DNA of 63,740 nucleotides, filler included, from Octopus bimaculoides (Eukaryota), in the NCBI RefSeq assembly GCF_001194135.2. It is 6 parts of 6 records of this genome, joined end to end, with 100 filler letters (N's around TTAATTAATTAA, not from the genome) between each part and the next. Parts side by side here need not be neighbours in the genome. Positions count along the whole stretch, not along the records: positions 42,625 to 55,379 come from NC_069010.1; positions 55,480 to 60,046 come from NC_068991.1; 4 more parts are not named here. One strand, 5' to 3'. The notes beneath the pieces were generated by a model. That model did not search any database. It was not told the DNA's origin and saw only the letters and a list, made by a program, of their open reading frames with translations. How positions within the stretch are numbered: position 1 is the first letter of the stretch; the number at the start of each line of letters is the position of its first letter. The translations under genes were made by a program, and so were the position numbers. This document shows positions 48,694 to 60,146 of this stretch, piece by piece.

Positions 48694-49649
48694 CTAGTAA
48701 CTTCACTAGTTGTCATGAAAAAAGCAGCCGGGACACATTGCAAAGGGGTTGGCATTATGAAAGGCAGCCAGATGTAAAAACCATGCCAAGGGTAAGATTG
48801 GGTGTGATGCAGCTCTACAGCTTGTTGGCCCCTGTCAAACCAGCTAGCCATTGCCAGCATTGGAAAACAGACATTAAATGATGACGGTGACGACGACGGC
48901 GACCATGACCACGACCACGACGGAATAAAGATAAAATGGCCCAAAGAAGAATTTCCATTACATGTTTAACAAACAAGAATCATTGTCGACATTGTTGTTG
49001 TCGTTTCATGTTCATTTTGCATGCTGACATGAGTTGGACAGTTTCACAGGAGCTGAAAAGCCTGATGATTGCACCAAGCCCCACTTGATACATTGATATG
49101 ATTTCTACAGCTGGATGCCCTTCCTAATGCCGGTCACTTTACAGAATGTAGTGGGTGCCTCTTACATTACATCAACACTAGTGAGGTTACCAAAGATTAA
49201 AGAATAAAGTTCTGAGAAAATGGTAACATCAGTGTTTTGGACGGCAGTGGTTGATACCTGGGTTGTTAGTTGAAAGAAACAGTGACTAATGTATTGGCGA
49301 GCTAATGCTTGTAGCATATTAGAAGATGGACGCTTGTGGCTGTAGATCAGAACTATTAGATCTTTGCAAGATGTTCCCAAGGTCTTAATTCATAGAAATT
49401 CTCTCGCAAGCAGTGTCTAGGTTATGTGTGCTTCTCATTGTCTTTTCAAATCCAATAACCATTCTGCATTATGCTGTTGACACATTATTAGGAGCCATCA
49501 CAGCTTGACAGATCTTTCATTTATAAGACATAAATTAGTTATTAGCTATCGTGAATGCATTCATCAATCAGATCTCTAAATTAACAATGTGTTAAGTGTC
49601 TCCATTTTATCAACAGAAGTAATAAAATAATAGATTGTTATTTCAGATA

Positions 49650-50029
49650 TTGCGAAGACTTATTGGGGCAAGCGAAAGCGAAATCGGGATGGCACCTGTG
49701 CCCAGCGTCGCCTTTCTGGCACCTGTGCCCGTGACATGTGTAAGGACTTTCGAGCGAGATCGTTGCCAGTGCCCCTGGACTGGCTCTTGTGTGGGTGGCA
49801 CATAAAATATACCATTTTGAGCGTGGCCGTTGCCAGTACCGCCTGACTGGCCTTCGTGCCGGTGGCACGTAAAAGCACCCACTACACTCTCGGAGTGGTT
49901 GGCATTAGGAAGGGCATCCAGCTGTAGAAACTCTGCCAAATCAGATTGGAGCCTGGTGTAGCCATCGGGTTTCACCAGTTCTCAGTCAAATCGTCCAACC
50001 CATGCTAACATGGAAAGCGGACGTTAAAC

Positions 50030-50078
<49 letters not shown>
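49650..50078 (+). mobile_element. SINE-like family D, long variant with (GAT)n tail
   Basis: Colinear with 10981-11280. It has an extra 5' segment shared with 52045-52427. Confidence 0.88.
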
Positions 50079-50084
50079 TAAATA

Positions 50085-50499
50085 AATAATCTTCATGTAC
50101 TTTATAAATGAAATAACTAGTACATTCATTGACACCAAACTCGTTGCCCACAGTTGGCAAACTTTCACTGTCTTGCATTTTTTCGATCATCTCTACCTTT
50201 TCCCGTAGAGTGTACATTCATCTGCATCATTTGTTAGGATCAGGAAGGTGCTTTCGTATTTTTCCTGTTTGCTGATCCTATGTTGATGTCCTATGAAAAT
50301 GTAAATCCGTAGAAAAATATACATCCTCATAGTACAGTCATCTAAGCACAAGTGATAGTCAGTACATTCTGGGTAACTGAGAACTGTGTGTGATTGCTGG
50401 GGTGCATTTTTATGGTCCAAACTGAATCTTTGACTAACCACCAACCTGTGTTATCACAAATTAATCAATAATAAACATTATACGGTTCACAATGAACTG
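50085..50499 (-). mobile_element. Tigger/pogo transposon 5' fossil (CENP-B-type HTH)
   Basis: TLREKVEMIEKMQDSESLPTVGNEFGVNECTSYFIYK follows the Tigger N-terminal pattern TLxEKxE.I...G...V...F.VNES. A TA|CAG terminus is seen at 50501-50497. Confidence 0.65.
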
Positions 50500-50847
50500 T
50501 ACCATATTATTCTAGATCAGTGATAAATGAATCAGGGGTAAACAAGGATAAATGTTCTAAACTCAATGTGCTGGAATAACAGAATGTTGGCAGTAGTAAA
50601 GGACCCAGCAATGTAGACCCTTGTTCTAGCAAATAAGAAATGCCCCTCTTACAAATATGGAGAAGAAAATGTATGCAAGGCATTAAATAAATAAACAAAA
50701 AAAAAGATTACCCTGTTGTTACAAAATGGACGTTTATTAATTATAAAAGGACAATAATATTTAGACAGGGTGTATAAAGTTGACAGCTAATGACTGTGAT
50801 GATGATCTCACCAAAATGTAACAACAATGATTTAAATGAAAATGAAG

Positions 50848-51685
50848 GGATCTTTCTGATTTGACGGACACCACTTGTTTTCTTAACGAAACACTTTCAA
50901 ACTTGGGATACTGGTAGAATGTGTCATATAAAACATCTTTTTCTCTTAGCCTTCTTAACAAAAATTTCTTCTTAATAAGTTATTTCATGTTAAAGTTGTA
51001 GTATTTCTGTAATTTCAACCAATCACTGACGTCTATTCAGCTGAATACAGTTACTGCTGTTTTTATAAACAATAATTTTTGCCGGTGTCAAGAGTGTTAT
51101 TCCCTGTTTAATTATATCATTATTCCCTAGTAAGGGTTTAGGGTTTTAGGGTTAGGGTTCAGGTTTTAGAGTTTTGGTTAGGGTTTTAGGGTTACGGTTG
51201 GGGTTATGAGTTATAGGGTTTTAGGGTTAGGGTTAGGGTTATGAGTGAGGTTATGGCAAAAATAATCATAACCCTAACCGTAACCCTAAAATTAACCCTA
51301 ACTCTAAAACCCAAACCATAACCCTAAAACCCTAAGGCTAAAACCAGTACAAATGCACGAACGATGTCATAAATAACAGTACCACGGATAGTTGCTGTTG
51401 ACAAACAACGGCACTAATTTTATTCAAGGGAAAAGATCCCATGACACCATTAGAATATGTTGTTTACAATCCACGGCAGTAACTGTTTTCACCTCAATAG
51501 ACGTCAGTGATTGGTTGAAATTACCGAAATACGACAATTTTTTACATGAAATAATTTTGAATATAAACATTTTTCTGTTCTTTTAGACAAAATATACAAG
51601 TATACGAAGTTTGAAAGTGTTTCGGTACCAAAAACACTACATAAAACATAAATGAAAAGTGTTGCCCGTCAAATCAGAAAGATCC
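50848..51685. mobile_element. Palindromic MITE copy 1 (Merlin-like) with telomere-like core
   Basis: 20-bp perfect TIR GGATCTTTCTGATTTGACGG. 8-bp flanks AAATGAAG/AAATGATG (7/8). Long inner inverted arms. Confidence 0.85.
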
Positions 51686-52044
51686 AAATGATGTACCTGA
51701 GAAATGATTAAAGAACAAAACAATATTAATTATGAAGATGGCCATTTATCAAACAGATTGCAATATTGGTTGTTATAATATAAAAATTAACGATGTCATC
51801 GCATCGCTGTATGTACGCATTTTTACAGTAAAATATACTCCATGGATCTGTGGTCCATTTTGACTGATAGTCTGTTACTACTACAGAAAGGCAGAATAAA
51901 AGGAATATAGGAAGATTCAGATGATAAGAAGCCTATGTTCACTTGCATTGTAAGGAGGTTCATTCCTTAACCAGGATGCAGCCAGCCAAAAGGAGAGAGA
52001 TGGCTAAATTGATTGTGTTTTGGGGTTTACTAATTAAGATATTT

Positions 52045-52427
52045 CATCATCATCATCATCATCGTTTAACGTCTGCTTTCCATGCTGGCATGGGTTGGAC
52101 GATTTGACTGAGGACTGGTGAAACCCGATGGCTACACCAGGCTCCAGTCTGATTTGGCAGAGTTTCTACGGCTGGATGCCCTTCCTAACACCAACCACAC
52201 TGAGAGTGTAGTGGGTGCTTTTACGTGCCACCGGCATGAGGGCCAGTCAGGCGATACTGGCAACAGCCACGCTCAAATGGTGTATTCTATGTACCACCTG
52301 CACAAGAGCCAGTCCAGGGGCACTGGCAACAACCTCGCTCAAAAGTCCTTACACATGCCACAGGCACAAGTGCCAGAAAGGCGATGCTGGGCACAGGTGC
52401 CATCCCAATTTCTTCAACTGAGAACAA
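52045..52427 (-). mobile_element. SINE-like family D, long variant
   Basis: Reverse complement of 49650-50078. Confidence 0.85.
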
Positions 52428-52437
52428 NNNNNNNNNN

Positions 52438-52814
52438 GGCACTCCGTCGCTTACAACGTCGAGGGTTCCAGTTGATCTGATCAACGGAACAGCCTGCTCG
52501 TGAAATTAACGTGCAAGTCGCTGAGCACTCCACAGACACGTGTACCCTTAACGTAGTTCTCGGGGATATTCAGCGTGACACAGTGTGACAAGGCTGACCC
52601 TTTGAATTACAGGCACAACAGAAACAGGAAGTAAGAGTGAGAGAAAGTTGTGGTGGAAGAGTACAGCAGAGTTCGCCACCATCCCCTGCCGGAGCCTCGT
52701 GGAGCTTTAGGTGTTTTCGCTCAATTAACACTCACAACGCCCAGTCTGGGAATCGAAACCGCGATCCTACGACCGCGAGTTTGCTGCCCTAACCCCTGGG
52801 CCATTGCGCCTCCA
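52438..52814 (-). mobile_element. SINE family C
   Basis: Reverse complement of 45879-46260. Confidence 0.9.
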
Positions 52815-53260
52815 CAGGCTATACTGTAGCTAGTTGCTAAATCATTCTCCTCCCACATAATTTGTTAAAGACAAAGGATCAATAGTGGGAAGAATTGCAG
52901 GAATGTGCACTATGCGAAAATTAAAGAATATTCGGAATTATGAGGTTACAGATTGATGTGATGCCAGGTTGAGAAATGACCCAGATATATAAAAGAATAT
53001 TTAAAAAACTGTGAATATGTCAAAAATATTGTTATATATATAATATAACAAACACGAAAAACTAATAGAGTTTTTCCAAATTATTCCTGTATAAACATAC
53101 CGGATAGACAAGGAGTGGGAATTAACGCATTACGTGTAAGAGAGTAATTAATAATTAAAGTTAAATAATTAAGGTTCGTATAAGTTAGTAGTAATCAAGC
53201 AGGAAGGATGATAAACATGTGCAATACGAAGAATTTATTCCGGCTCATTCTGCACTCAAA

Positions 53261-54440
53261 GCCAAGCAAGCAATAAGCAAGATTCCGCTCTCAAATAATA
53301 CAATCCATAGGAGAATTATGGATTTATCGGATCTTTTTGGTTTGACGGGCAACATTTTTCATTTATGTTTTATGTAGTGTTTTTGGTACCGTAACACTTT
53401 CAAACTTCGTATACTTGTGTATTTTGTGTTATAGAACAGATAAAATTTTTGTATTCGAAGTTATTTCATGTAAAAAATTGTCGTATTTCGGTAATTTCAA
53501 CCAATCACTGACGTTTATTGAGGTGAAAACAATTACTGCCGTAGAATGTAAACAACATATTCTAACGGTGTTATGGGATCTTTTCCCTTGAATAAAATTA
53601 GTGTTGATGTTTGTCAACAACAACTATCGGCAGTACTGTTATTTATAGACAACGTTCGTGCGTTTGTACTGGTTTTAGCTTTAGGGTTTTAGGGTTAGGG
53701 TTCCGGTTTTAGAGTTAAAGTTAGTTTTAGGGTTTCGGTTAGGGTTATGATTATTTTTGCCATAACCTCACTCATAACCCTAACCCTAAAACCCTATAAC
53801 TCATAACCATAACCCTAACCCTAACCCCAACTCTAACCCTAAAACCCTAACCCTAACTCTAAAACCCGAACCCTAACCCAAACGCACGAACGACGTTATA
53901 AATAACTACCGCCGAGAGTTGTTGTTGACAAACAACGGCACTAATTTTATTCAAGGGAAAAGATCCCATTACACCGCTAGAACCTGTTGTTTACATTCCA
54001 CAGCAGTAATTGTTTTCACCTCAATAGACGTCAGTGATTGGTTGAAATTACAGAAATACGACGACTTTAACATGAAATAACTTATTAAGAACTAATTTTT
54101 GTTAAGAAGGCTAAGAGAAAAAGATGTTTTATATGACACATTCTACCAGTATCCCAAGTTTGAAAGTGTTTTGTTAAGAAAACAAATGTTGCCCGTCAAA
54201 CCAAAAAGATCCGATTTATCAGTTGATATAGAGGAAAATGTACAGAACAAACTTTAGAACACAGAATTTGCTTCACAGGCTGGCGAATCAACTGACATTA
54301 GCAACAAAGTACAACTACTTACATTTATTCGCTTTATTGATGGTAACCAAATCATAAATCAGTTCTTTTGTTGTGAAGAAATACTACTCATAACAAACGG
54401 TCAAGGTATTTTCGACATTTTATCTGCCCACTTTGAAAGT
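53261..54440 (+). pseudogene. hAT (Buster/ZBED8-like) transposase fossil interrupted by MITE copy 2
   Basis: Removing 53329-54220 gives one frame: AKQAISKIPLSNNTIHRRIMDLSVDIEENVQNKL*NTEFASQAGESTDISNKVQLLTFIRFIDGNQIINQFFCCEEILLITNGQGIFDILSAHFES. This matches the IPLSNNT..RRI / FxLQLDESTD..N.AQLL.F.RF pattern. Confidence 0.88.
53329..54212. mobile_element. Palindromic MITE copy 2 (Merlin-like), inverted relative to copy 1
   Basis: 29-bp perfect TIR GGATCTTTTTGGTTTGACGGGCAACATTT. Perfect 8-bp TSD GATTTATC at 53321-53328 and 54213-54220. Confidence 0.92.
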
Positions 54441-54569
54441 CTCTTTCTATATAAGCAAAGTACGGTCCAGATGGAGTATATTTAATCTGAACCTATCCCC
54501 CCACCCTTTTTTTTTTTACGGAATCCCACGTTTTAGGCTATGGAGATTTTGATTCACGATTTCTCGTGA

Positions 54570-54760
54570 ATGCTTAGTGGTATTTCGTCTGCTGTTATGT
54601 TCTGAGTTCAAATTCCGCCCAGGTCGACTTTCCCTTCATCCTTTCAGGTTCGATTAAATAAGTACCAGTTACGAACTGAGTTTGATATAATCCGCTTAAT
54701 CCCTGTATATGTACTTGTTTGTCCCCTCTTTGTTTAACCCCCTGTGGGAAATAAAAAAAG
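54570..54760 (+). mobile_element. SINE family B
   Basis: GAGTTCAAATTCCGCCCAGGTCGACTTTCCCTTCATCCTTTCAGG...AAATAAGTACCAGTT. Confidence 0.75.
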
Positions 54761-54774
54761 AAATGAATATGATA

Positions 54775-55180
54775 GGCGCAGGAGTGGCTGTGTGGTAAGT
54801 AGCTTGCTTACCAACCACATGGTTCCGGGTTCAGTCCCACTGCGTGGCACCTTGGGCAAGTGTTTTCTGTTATAGCCTCGGGCCGACCAAAGCCTTGTGA
54901 GTGGATTTGGTAAACGGAAACTGAAAGAAGCCAGTCATATATATGTATATACATATGTATGTGTGTGTGTGTGTGTATTTGTGTGTCTGTGTTTGTCCCC
55001 CCAACATTGGTTGACAACCGATGCTGGTGTTTACATCCCCGTAACTTAGCAGTTCGGCAAAAGACACCGATAGAATAAGTACTAGGCTTACAACGAATAA
55101 GTCCTGGGGTCGATTTGCTCGACTAAAGGCGGTGCTCCAGCATGGCCGCAGCCAAATGACTGAAACAAGTAAAAGAGTAA
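54775..55180 (+). mobile_element. Full-length tRNA-derived SINE family A
   Basis: A box TGGCTGTGTGG, B box GGTTCAGTCCC, a central (TA/TG) microsatellite and a 3' body ending AAAAGAGTAA. Confidence 0.9.
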
Positions 55181-55379
55181 TGTTACAAAGAATAAAAAGT
55201 TTAGAATGGTACAACAATGCACTATAATACCAAAAAATGGACTATATACCTGTTGTAATTTAGTTATCCATAGTCCGTTGATATTTCGGGATACAATTCC
55301 TTCTTCAGATATTTTTAGATGGAGTCACTGCTATAATCTGTTTTCCAGTGGCTTTTCTTTTTCTCTTTTTTTTTTCTTT

Positions 55380-55479
55380 NNNNNNNNNNNNNNNNNNNNN
55401 NNNNNNNNNNNNNNNNNNNNNNNTTAATTAATTAANNNNNNNNNNNNNNNNNNNNNNNNNNNNNNNNNNNNNNNNNNNN
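55380..55479. other. Assembly spacer N44-TTAATTAATTAA-N44
   Basis: Same 100-bp structure. Confidence 0.97.
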
Positions 55480-55484
55480 TATAT

Positions 55485-55518
<34 letters not shown>

Positions 55519-56896
55519 TCATATCCTTGTGTATGTGTGTGTGCGTGTGTGTATATCTGTGCACATATATGATACATATGTATAGATTTATACAAATGTA
55601 TATACCTATATAAACACTCATAAATTCATGTATATATATACATATGGATATGTGTGCATGTGTGCGTGTTTGTGAGTGTGCGTGCGTGTATATGTGCATA
55701 TGTATGTGTGTGTATATACGCATAGCTATGTACGTATACATGTGTTTCTCCTACGATATGAGAATATGTGTGTATATGCATATACATGTATGTCTGTGTA
55801 CGTATCTTTGTGTTTGTGTCTGAGCGTGTAATCTTGTATTATTTTCACATGACGTGTCTTGAGGCGGCGATGTGTGTATGTGGGAATGTAAAATAACATA
55901 AGAAAATAAACACTTATAAAACAATAAAAAAAATATATGATTAGATAGGGCAATAGGGTGGTGCTTAGGTAGATGTTGGTGGGTTGAGTGACTAAGTGAT
56001 GGGAAACCAAGATAGAGAAAAGAATGTTATTGAATGGATGATAAAAAAAAATGATAAACAAGAATCAGTGTGTGTACACATATACGTATATATATATATA
56101 TATATTCATAAACATATATATAAATATATAAACATATTTATACATACACGTACACACATGCCTGCATATATATTCATATATATATATTCATATATATATA
56201 TATANNNNNNNNNNNNNNNNNNNNNNNNNNNNNNNNNNNNNNNNNNNNNNNNNNNNNNNNNNNNNNNNNNNNNNNNNNNNNNNNNNNNNNNNNNNNNNNN
56301 NNNNNNNNNNNNNNNNNNNNNNNNNNNNNNNNNNNNNNNNNNNNNNNNNNNNNNNNNNNNNNNNNNNNNNNNNNNNNNNNNNNNNNNNNNNNNNNNNNNN
56401 NNNNNNNNNNNNNNNNNNNNNNNNNNNNNNNNNNNNNNNNNNNNNNNNNNNNNNNNNNNNNNNNNNNNNNNNNNNNNNNNNNNNNNNNNNNNNNNNNNNN
56501 NNNNNNNNNNNNNNNNNNNNNNNNNNNNNNNNNNNNNNNNNNNNNNNNNNNNNNNNNNNNNNNNNNNNNNNNNNNNNNNNNNNNNNNNNNNNNNNNNNNN
56601 NNNNNNNNNNNNNNNNNNNNNNNNNNNNNNNNNNNNNNNNNNNNNNNNNNNNNNNNNNNNNNNNNNNNNNNNNNNNNNNNNNNNNNNNNNNNNNNNNNNN
56701 NNNNNNNNNNNNNNNNNNNNNNNNNNNNNNNNNNNNNNNNNNNNNNNNNNNNNNNNNNNNNNNNNNNNNNNNNNNTATATATACCTACATATCGATTCAC
56801 ATCTAAATATAGGTAAATGGACAGACTGACAGACAGGTAGAGAGATAGACAGACAAATAGATAGACGAATAGTTAGATATATAGATAGGTAGATAA

Positions 56897-56929
<33 letters not shown>

Positions 56930-56942
56930 TTGGCAGATTGGC

Positions 56943-57008
<66 letters not shown>

Positions 57009-57356
57009 TCATTTATAGACATATGTGGCATGCTTATTTATGTAGCCTGAAAGATACACAAGTATTCTAACATAGTGCATACATGCATTCATACATTGAT
57101 GCACTATATACCTACGATGGAGAACTAGAAAGTAAGAAATATTGATAGATATGTGTTTATGGTGATAGATACATCCATACATTCATAAATACATACATAC
57201 ATACAGAGATAGCTCCTATCTGTGTGAGACAGACAGAGAGGCAGACAGAGAGGCAGACAGGTAGACAGACGTACACTCAGACACACAGACCGATTCCTAG
57301 GAAGCAATAGAGAGATTGCTACATATCCATCCCACTATTCCTTCATCCATTCATTC

Positions 57357-57435
<79 letters not shown>

Positions 57436-57641
57436 NNNNNNNNNNNNNNNNNNNNNNNNNNNNNNNNNNNNNNNNNNNNNNNNNNNNNNNNNNNNNNNNN
57501 NNNNNNNNNNNNNNNNNNNNNNNNNNNNNNNNNNNNNNNNNNNNNNNNNNNNNNNNNNNNNNNNNNNNNNNNNNNNNNNNNNNNNNNNNNNNNNNNNNNN
57601 NNNNNNNNNNNNNNNNNNNNNNNNNNNNNNNNNNNNNNNNN

Positions 57642-57697
<56 letters not shown>

Positions 57698-58033
57698 AAA
57701 TATATGCATTTAGAGACAGACAGACAGATAGATAGATACATAGGGAATGAAACTGGAACGATGTTTAGATATAAAACTATGTGTGCTTTCATGCTTATAG
57801 CCTTATACAAACTCTGTGCATACGTGTGTGGGTGTGGGTGTGTGCGTATGAATGTATGCATATAAGTGTATGTATATATTTTCTTCTATGTAAGATGTAT
57901 GAATGAATATACTTTGAACGAGTGCCTGCGTGTCATCAGGTCAGATGCAATTTGCGCTCTTGTTTCTGTATGTAAGCGCGTATACAAAGTTTGCGTGTCT
58001 GTATTAACGCATTGTGTGCGTGTGTTTGTGTAC

Positions 58034-58084
<51 letters not shown>

Positions 58085-58311
58085 TGAGTCTGTGTGCCTG
58101 TGTATTGTACTTGTGGCATGTGACCTACATACATATACACGTACATGCTTATACAAATGCGCACTTATACAAACACATATATGCGTTGTATGGTTATACA
58201 CGTTTTATAGTGTATGTGTTTGCGCGCCTGTATGTGTGCTTCTCGTGCAGCTATTTCTATAAGTGTTTGTATGCATGTGTCTGTGTACACCTATGCGTGC
58301 AGGTGCACCTG

Positions 58312-58348
<37 letters not shown>

Positions 58349-58400
58349 CTCTCTCTCGTTTTATAAATATGTGTGTAATGTAATTGCTTTTGTGCATCAA
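55480..58400. repeat. Microsatellite-dominated tract (TA, TG, GA, GATA, GACA) with N gaps
   Basis: Direct tandem runs. Confidence 0.9.
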
Positions 58401-59055
58401 TCTGTTTATGCGTTTCTCTGTGTGTGCTAGTTGTGCGAAAGTAAAAGTATGCGTGTGTATATTTAATAATATTAATAACAAAATGGAAGACAAGCAGACG
58501 ACAGACAATGCAGATGTTAGAAAATGAAGGAAAATGGAAGCAAAACAAAAAAAAAAAAACCAAAAGAACAAAAAAAAAAAGAAGAAAAACGAAGGAAGAT
58601 GACGACGGAACGACCGACCCATAAATAAATAAATAAAGGAATAAAACAATATAACAAAATTGAAGCAAGCTGTATCAACAACAACTACAACAATAATAAT
58701 AACAGTAGCGGAAATAATAAAAGAAGTAGAAAATCAACCCAAAAAGAGAAATGAAAAGAACGAAACGAAAGAAATTGAAAAGCCAAAAACAATAAATATA
58801 TATAAAAAGTAAAAAAAAAAAAATGCCACAAAAACGGAAAGCGAAAAGCAAATGCGAGGCGAGGCGAAGAGAGATTTTTCTTCACTTAGCACTCCCATCT
58901 CATCGCATCTTATCCACCTTCACTTCCCGACCTCATCACAATCTCCATTACACTAACGCACAACATCTCACAGCACTACGCCACATCACTTCACAGCAGA
59001 GCACAGCATCTCCCCCGCCTCATCCTTACACTTACTTTTGTCTTATTTTTGTCTT

Positions 59056-59102
<47 letters not shown>

Positions 59103-59459
59103 CATATATATTGTTTTTCGTTATATGTTTGCTGTTGTTGCTGTTGCTGTTACAGTTCTTGTTGTTGTTGTTGTTATTCGTTCCAAAGAGATGAATGAAG
59201 GCGTGGCTTTCTTCCTTTCTTCTCAACGACTCCCAAGAAAAAAATGGCTCGCCTTACGAGTAAACTACGACGCTTGTCCAATAGAAGAAGATGATCAGAG
59301 CGACTGCAATACTGTAGAAAGCTACTGTGTTTAACTCTGGTTGGTTTCTTGCTTATTGCCTTGCCTTCTTCTCTTAAGCCTTAACTCCTCATCTTTCTCC
59401 TTCGCTATTTTCCTTTGACTTGACTGCTTTCACGACTCTCCTCTCTTACTACAAGCCTT

Positions 59460-59704
59460 ACGATGATGTTGCTGCCGCCGTCGTCGGCGTCGCTTCTAGC
59501 TACGTGTGGTGAGGCTGGAGCTATGCTTTTAGTTGTTGATACAGTTACTGTTGCCGTTGTTGTTGGTGTTGTTGTTGTTCATGCTAATGTAGTAGAAATT
59601 ATGGCTGATACTCTCATTTACTGTTGCTGTGATGGTTCTGGCTGCGTATGCGATGGCGCGGTTATGGAGGTGGTTGCAATTGATGTTGTAGTTCTCGTTG
59701 TTGC

Positions 59705-59737
<33 letters not shown>

Positions 59738-59965
59738 CGTTACTACTGTTGTTGTTGTTGTTGTTGTTACTGCTGCTGCAGTCGCTCCTGTGATCTTGCT
59801 TTTTTTTTTTCTGTAGTTGTTATTGATGTTGTAGCTGATGTCGATGTTAATGCTGTTCTTTCTAATGATGGTGGTGGTGCTGGTGGTGGTGGTGGTGGTG
59901 AAAGTGATGATGATGATTATGATGGTGATCATGATGAGGATGATGTTGATGATGATGATGATGAT
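59460..59965. repeat. Trinucleotide low-complexity tract (GTT, GGT, GAT)
   Basis: Direct tandem runs. Confidence 0.85.
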
Positions 59966-60046
59966 GGTATACGTACCACATAAGATAAGACAATAAAAGA
60001 AATAAAGAAAGAAAAAAAGAAAGAAAGAGCGAAAGAATGAGAGAAA

Positions 60047-60146
60047 NNNNNNNNNNNNNNNNNNNNNNNNNNNNNNNNNNNNNNNNNNNNTTAATTAATT
60101 AANNNNNNNNNNNNNNNNNNNNNNNNNNNNNNNNNNNNNNNNNNNN
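60047..60146. other. Assembly spacer N44-TTAATTAATTAA-N44
   Basis: Same 100-bp structure. Confidence 0.97.

Noticed and set aside
49200-49520. Possible mariner transposase fossil (KMVTSVFW resembles KVMASVFW)
   Set aside because: Only one short motif, with many stops. Cannot be supported without an alignment.
51392-53623. Two similar 64-aa ORFs (51392-51586 plus, 53429-53623 minus) suggesting a gene pair
   Set aside because: They are mirror images from the MITE arms, start at non-ATG codons, and have no recognisable domain.
51133-53880. Chromosome end-to-end fusion scar or true telomere
   Set aside because: The arrays are short and degenerate and sit inside TIR/TSD-bounded elements present twice.
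17243-55180. tRNA genes suggested by A/B boxes
   Set aside because: All are SINE heads continuing into repeat bodies. No complete cloverleaf was seen.
889-57861. Long ORFs containing X runs and YIYI/THTH/CVCV/LSLS peptides
   Set aside because: They are produced by N gaps and dinucleotide microsatellites that lack stop codons. There is no coding signal.
59463-59932. Mucin-like poly-Thr / poly-Val ORFs
   Set aside because: Explained by (GTT)n/(GGT)n/(GAT)n repeats in a repeat-only neighbourhood.
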